Positions 48,601-51,236 of a stretch of 51,236 nt of DNA are shown here, one piece after another. Origin of the DNA: Thraustochytrium aureum (taxonomy: Eukaryota); assembly GCA_012862495.1 (NCBI GenBank), contig BLSG01000398.1, forward strand, positions 1-51,236, in the 5' to 3' direction. Position numbers and translations under genes: made by a program. A model generated the notes under the pieces. The model did not search any database, was not told where the DNA came from, and saw only the letters and a list, made by a program, of their open reading frames with translations. Position 1 is the stretch's first letter; every line of letters starts with the position of its first letter.

Positions 48601-51236
48601 GTCTGGATTTGGCGAGGCTTCTTCAAGCGGCATGGTCAATATTTCCTCTGCAAACGCTGGCACGTCTGGCACGAGCGGAAGTATTGCTCTTTACTCTGGC
48701 CTCGCCACAAGAGGCACCAGCGGCTCGCTGGACTTGCAGACCGGAGACTCTCTTGCAGGCCGATCTGGAAACATCAACATAAACGCTGGCCTTGCAACCG
48801 GCAGCATTGGTGGTGACGTCACCGTTGGTGCAGGCACAAGCACGACGTTGACTGGCGGCCAGCTTTTCCTTTCCTCTGGTTTCGGACAGACCGCCAGCAG
48901 CGGACATGTATATCTCGGCAGTGCCCGCACTGTGGTGGGGACTAGCGGGCGCCTCAACATTTCCTCTGGATATTCTGGCGAAGGGTTCTCGGGGGAGGTG
49001 TTCGTTGGCACTGGAGACGCAGCATCAGGCATGGCTGGTGATATGACATTGATGGTTGGCTCTGGTGACAGTGGGGCAGGGGCAAACGCCCTTCTCATGG
49101 CCGGGAATTCAACAACTTTTGGAGGTTTGACTGGGGGCCGCGTCACTATTTCAAGCGGGCATTCTGCGCAAACGACAAGCGGAGCGATATTGATCGGATC
49201 CCCAAATGCTGGGGTTGCCGGGGTATCGGGGCGCGTTGCTCTCTCGACAGGCACAGCCACTCTTGGCTCAAGTGGAGAAATCTCGATGTCTACGGGAAGG
49301 TCATCTCTTTCAGGAGCAGGTGGGCGGATTTCGCTCAGCGTTGGCCAAGGAACATTGGGCGCAGGTGGCGACATCATCCTCGACGCCGGAGACACTGTTG
49401 ACCAAACCGGAGGCTCGATATCCCTAATCACCGGCAGTGGAACCACGACCTCAAGTGGACACGTATACATTCGCTCCCGCGATGCAGGGATAAGCGGGGT
49501 GTCCGGCTCACTCCAGTTTAGTACCGGCACAGCGTCCTTCGGAGCGTCTGGCGAGGTGAAGATCCAGTCGGGAGCAGCATATGGCTCGAACGGCGGTTCC
49601 ATAAGCTTGCTTGTTGGAGATGGCGACAAACCTGGAGGCGATGTCATCCAACGCGCTGGTCTTTCGCGCGACGAGACGGGTGGGGCAGTCTCTATCACGT
49701 CTGGCGGCGCGACAGCGACCTCGAGTGGACCGATTACAATATCGACAGCAAACTCCGGGACTAGTGGTGTCTCCGGAGCTCTCACGCTTTCCACAGGAGT
49801 GAGTTCTGCTGGAGCAACTGGAACTATCATTTTGAGCACTGGCGAGTCAACTGGTGGAAAGGGAGGAGACGTTGTTCTGAGCGTCGGATCTGGGGACACC
49901 GGACGTGGCGGAGACGTCCTGGCAACTGCCGGACTCAGTTCTGTAGCAACCGGAGGAAAGGATTANNNNNNNNNNNNNNNNNNNNNNNNNNNNNNNNNNN
50001 NNNNNNNNNNNNNNNNNNNNNNNNNNNNNNNNNNNNNNNNNNNNNNNNNNNNNNNNNNNNNNNNNNNNNNNNNNNNNNNNNNNNNNNNNNNNNNNNNNNN
50101 NNNNNNNNNNNNNNNNNNNNNNNNNNNNNNNNNNNNNNNNNNNNNNNNNNNNNNNNNNNNNNNNNNNNNNNNNNNNNNNNNNNNNNNNNNNNNNNNNNNN
50201 NNNNNNNNNNNNNNNNNNNNNNNNNNNNNNNNNNNNNNNNNNNNNNNNNNNNNNNNNNNNNNNNNNNNNNNNNNNNNNNNNNNNNNNNNNNNNNNNNNNN
50301 NNNNNNNNNNNNNNNNNNNNNNNNNNNNNNNNNNNNNNNNNNNNNNNNNNNNNNNNNNNNNNNNNNNNNNNNNNNNNNNNNNNNNNNNNNNNNNNNNNNN
50401 NNNNNNNNNNNNNNNNNNNNNNNNNNNNNNNNNNNNNNNNNNNNNNNNNNNNNNNNNNNNNNNNNNNNNNNNNNNNNNNNNNNNNNNNNNNNNNNNNNNN
50501 NNNNNNNNNNNNNNNNNNNNNNNNNNNNNNNNNNNNNNNNNNNNNNNNNNNNNNNNNNNNNNNNNNNNNNNNNNNNNNNNNNNNNNNNNNNNNNNNNNNN
50601 NNNNNNNNNNNNNNNNNNNNNNNNNACAGGCGTTTCTGCCAGCCAGGGTGGGTCCATTCAGTTGACAGCTGGACTCGGGAGTACCGAGACGGGAGGCAAG
50701 ATCTCCCTCACTAGCGGAGTCGGAACTGCTTCGACAAGCGGCCGCATCGAGCTCGTCACGGCTCCTGGCGGCGGCAACGGTGTGAGCGGTGCGGTGACCA
50801 TTGACACGGGCTCGACCACGGCCGGCGACACTGGTGAATTCCGCGTTCTGACAGGCGTTGCTGCAGGCGGCAAGGGCGGCGCGATTACTCTGAGCGTCGG
50901 CGACGGCAACAGCGGCGCGGGCGGTCTGGTCGCCATCACGGCTGGCACGACAAGCGCCCTCACGGGTGGCTCTGTCTCGATCAGCTCTGGATCCGGAACC
51001 AGCACAAGCAGCGGGCCCATCTCGCTCGCAACGCCCTCAGCAGGCACGCTGGGCACCAGCGGGGCTGTTTCCGTCAGTACTGGATCAGCTCCAGATGGCG
51101 ACACGGGCGAGTTCCGTGTCGAGACCGGCGACGCTCTGGGCGGGAAGGGTGGCGACATCAGCCTTCTGGTTGGTGACGGCGACTCTGGCATTGGTGGCGC
51201 AGTGACCGTGACAGCTGGTTTAACCACTGCAAGCTC
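12607..51236 (+). CDS. Giant (>12,800 aa, 3'-incomplete) secreted Gly/Ser-rich beta-repeat protein with N-terminal PSI-like domains and three internal peptidase S74/ICA domains; 10 frameshifts and 3 gaps
   Basis: ATG 12607 followed by a signal peptide. The same (G/S)G-x-[VIL]-x-[ILV]-x-[AST]-G repeat continues through ORFs 11461, 13565, 14874, 20690, 25525, 30215, 32350, 34422, 35027, 36973, 47127, 47636 and an open frame from 50626 to the window end. Frames switch at about 13673, 14871, 20502, 25405, 30613, 32219, 34267-34275, 34964, 47028 and 47621. No stop seen in the repeat-bearing frame. Confidence 0.8.
12703..13047 (+). other. Two tandem PSI (plexin-semaphorin-integrin)-like Cys-rich domains
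   Basis: CKPCLGTPGCGFCLSTLRCHAG...CPDW...CP and CDEFTDCNGCAMHEDCAWCPSANKC...C...CP fit the PSI pattern CxxC-x4-C-x-[WF]-C-x5-C. Confidence 0.75.
29716..30023 (+). other. Peptidase S74 / intramolecular chaperone autoprocessing (ICA) domain 1, Ser-Lys dyad intact
   Basis: SDIRIKEKI...YQYKKEW...RGVIAQQLKEVFPEYV...ENFHKVDKVSLILDLVGAFQE. Ser codon at 29716, Lys codon at 29731. Confidence 0.9.
31400..31711 (+). other. Peptidase S74 / ICA domain 2, Ser-Lys dyad intact
   Basis: YP|SDRRIKENI...YQYTEQW...RGVIAQELAETFPEYV...DDFHEVNKQAITLDLVSALQ. Ser codon at 31400, Lys codon at 31415. Confidence 0.92.
37576..37896 (+). other. Peptidase S74 / ICA domain 3, catalytic Ser replaced by Asp
   Basis: FP|DDERIKTNI...FEYSDEW...RGLVAQQVAKTFPEYV...DKFHEIDQQQLTLDLVSALQ. 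GAC at 37576 where the other two copies have Ser. Confidence 0.88.

Noticed and set aside
12607..51236. Treating the dozen large plus-strand ORFs as separate genes or an operon
   Set aside because: The repeat pattern passes seamlessly from one frame to the next at single-base slips. The ORF tails after each slip are off-pattern, and only the first segment has a signal peptide.
12607..51236. Pseudogene call for the giant gene
   Set aside because: No in-frame stops were seen in about 37 kb of repeat-bearing frame, and the same kind of indel hits neighbouring genes. Not formally excluded without reads.
13000..51236. Many Pro/Thr/Ala-rich minus-strand ORFs and short alternate-frame ORFs
   Set aside because: They are antisense or off-frame shadows of Gly/Ser/Ala-rich codons in GC-rich DNA and have no independent motifs.
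13250..51236. PE-PGRS, autotransporter/haemagglutinin, ice-nucleation, collagen or silk identity; prophage tail gene
   Set aside because: There is no PE domain, no Gly-X-Y triplets and no ice-nucleation octamer. No other phage genes are present, the flanking genes are eukaryotic, and the head is a eukaryotic-type signal peptide plus PSI.

Overview
Draft-assembly window (six N gaps) from a GC-rich, apparently intron-poor eukaryote, probably a protist (inference). The left 11 kb holds four genes: a DHHC-family palmitoyltransferase (DHYC variant), a ~1,600-aa SCAMP-GRAM-cNMP-PDZ multidomain membrane protein, the 3' part of an ERp29/PDI-D-type gene, and a secreted EGF + GH43-like beta-propeller protein. 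The other ~38.6 kb (12607 to beyond the window end) is best read as ONE giant secreted protein of >12,800 aa. It has a signal peptide, two PSI-like Cys-rich domains, then roughly 800 Gly/Ser-rich beta-strand repeats organised into 91-aa and 148-aa super-repeats. Three internal peptidase S74 / MYRF-type intramolecular chaperone (ICA) domains interrupt the repeats; two keep the Ser-Lys dyad and one has Ser replaced by Asp. This suggests a self-cleaving, phage-tail-fibre-like trimeric fibre polyprotein in a eukaryote. The ORF track splits the gene at 10 frameshifts, all explicable by indels in short homopolymer runs and most likely sequencing errors. All domain calls come from motif recognition by eye, not from database searches.
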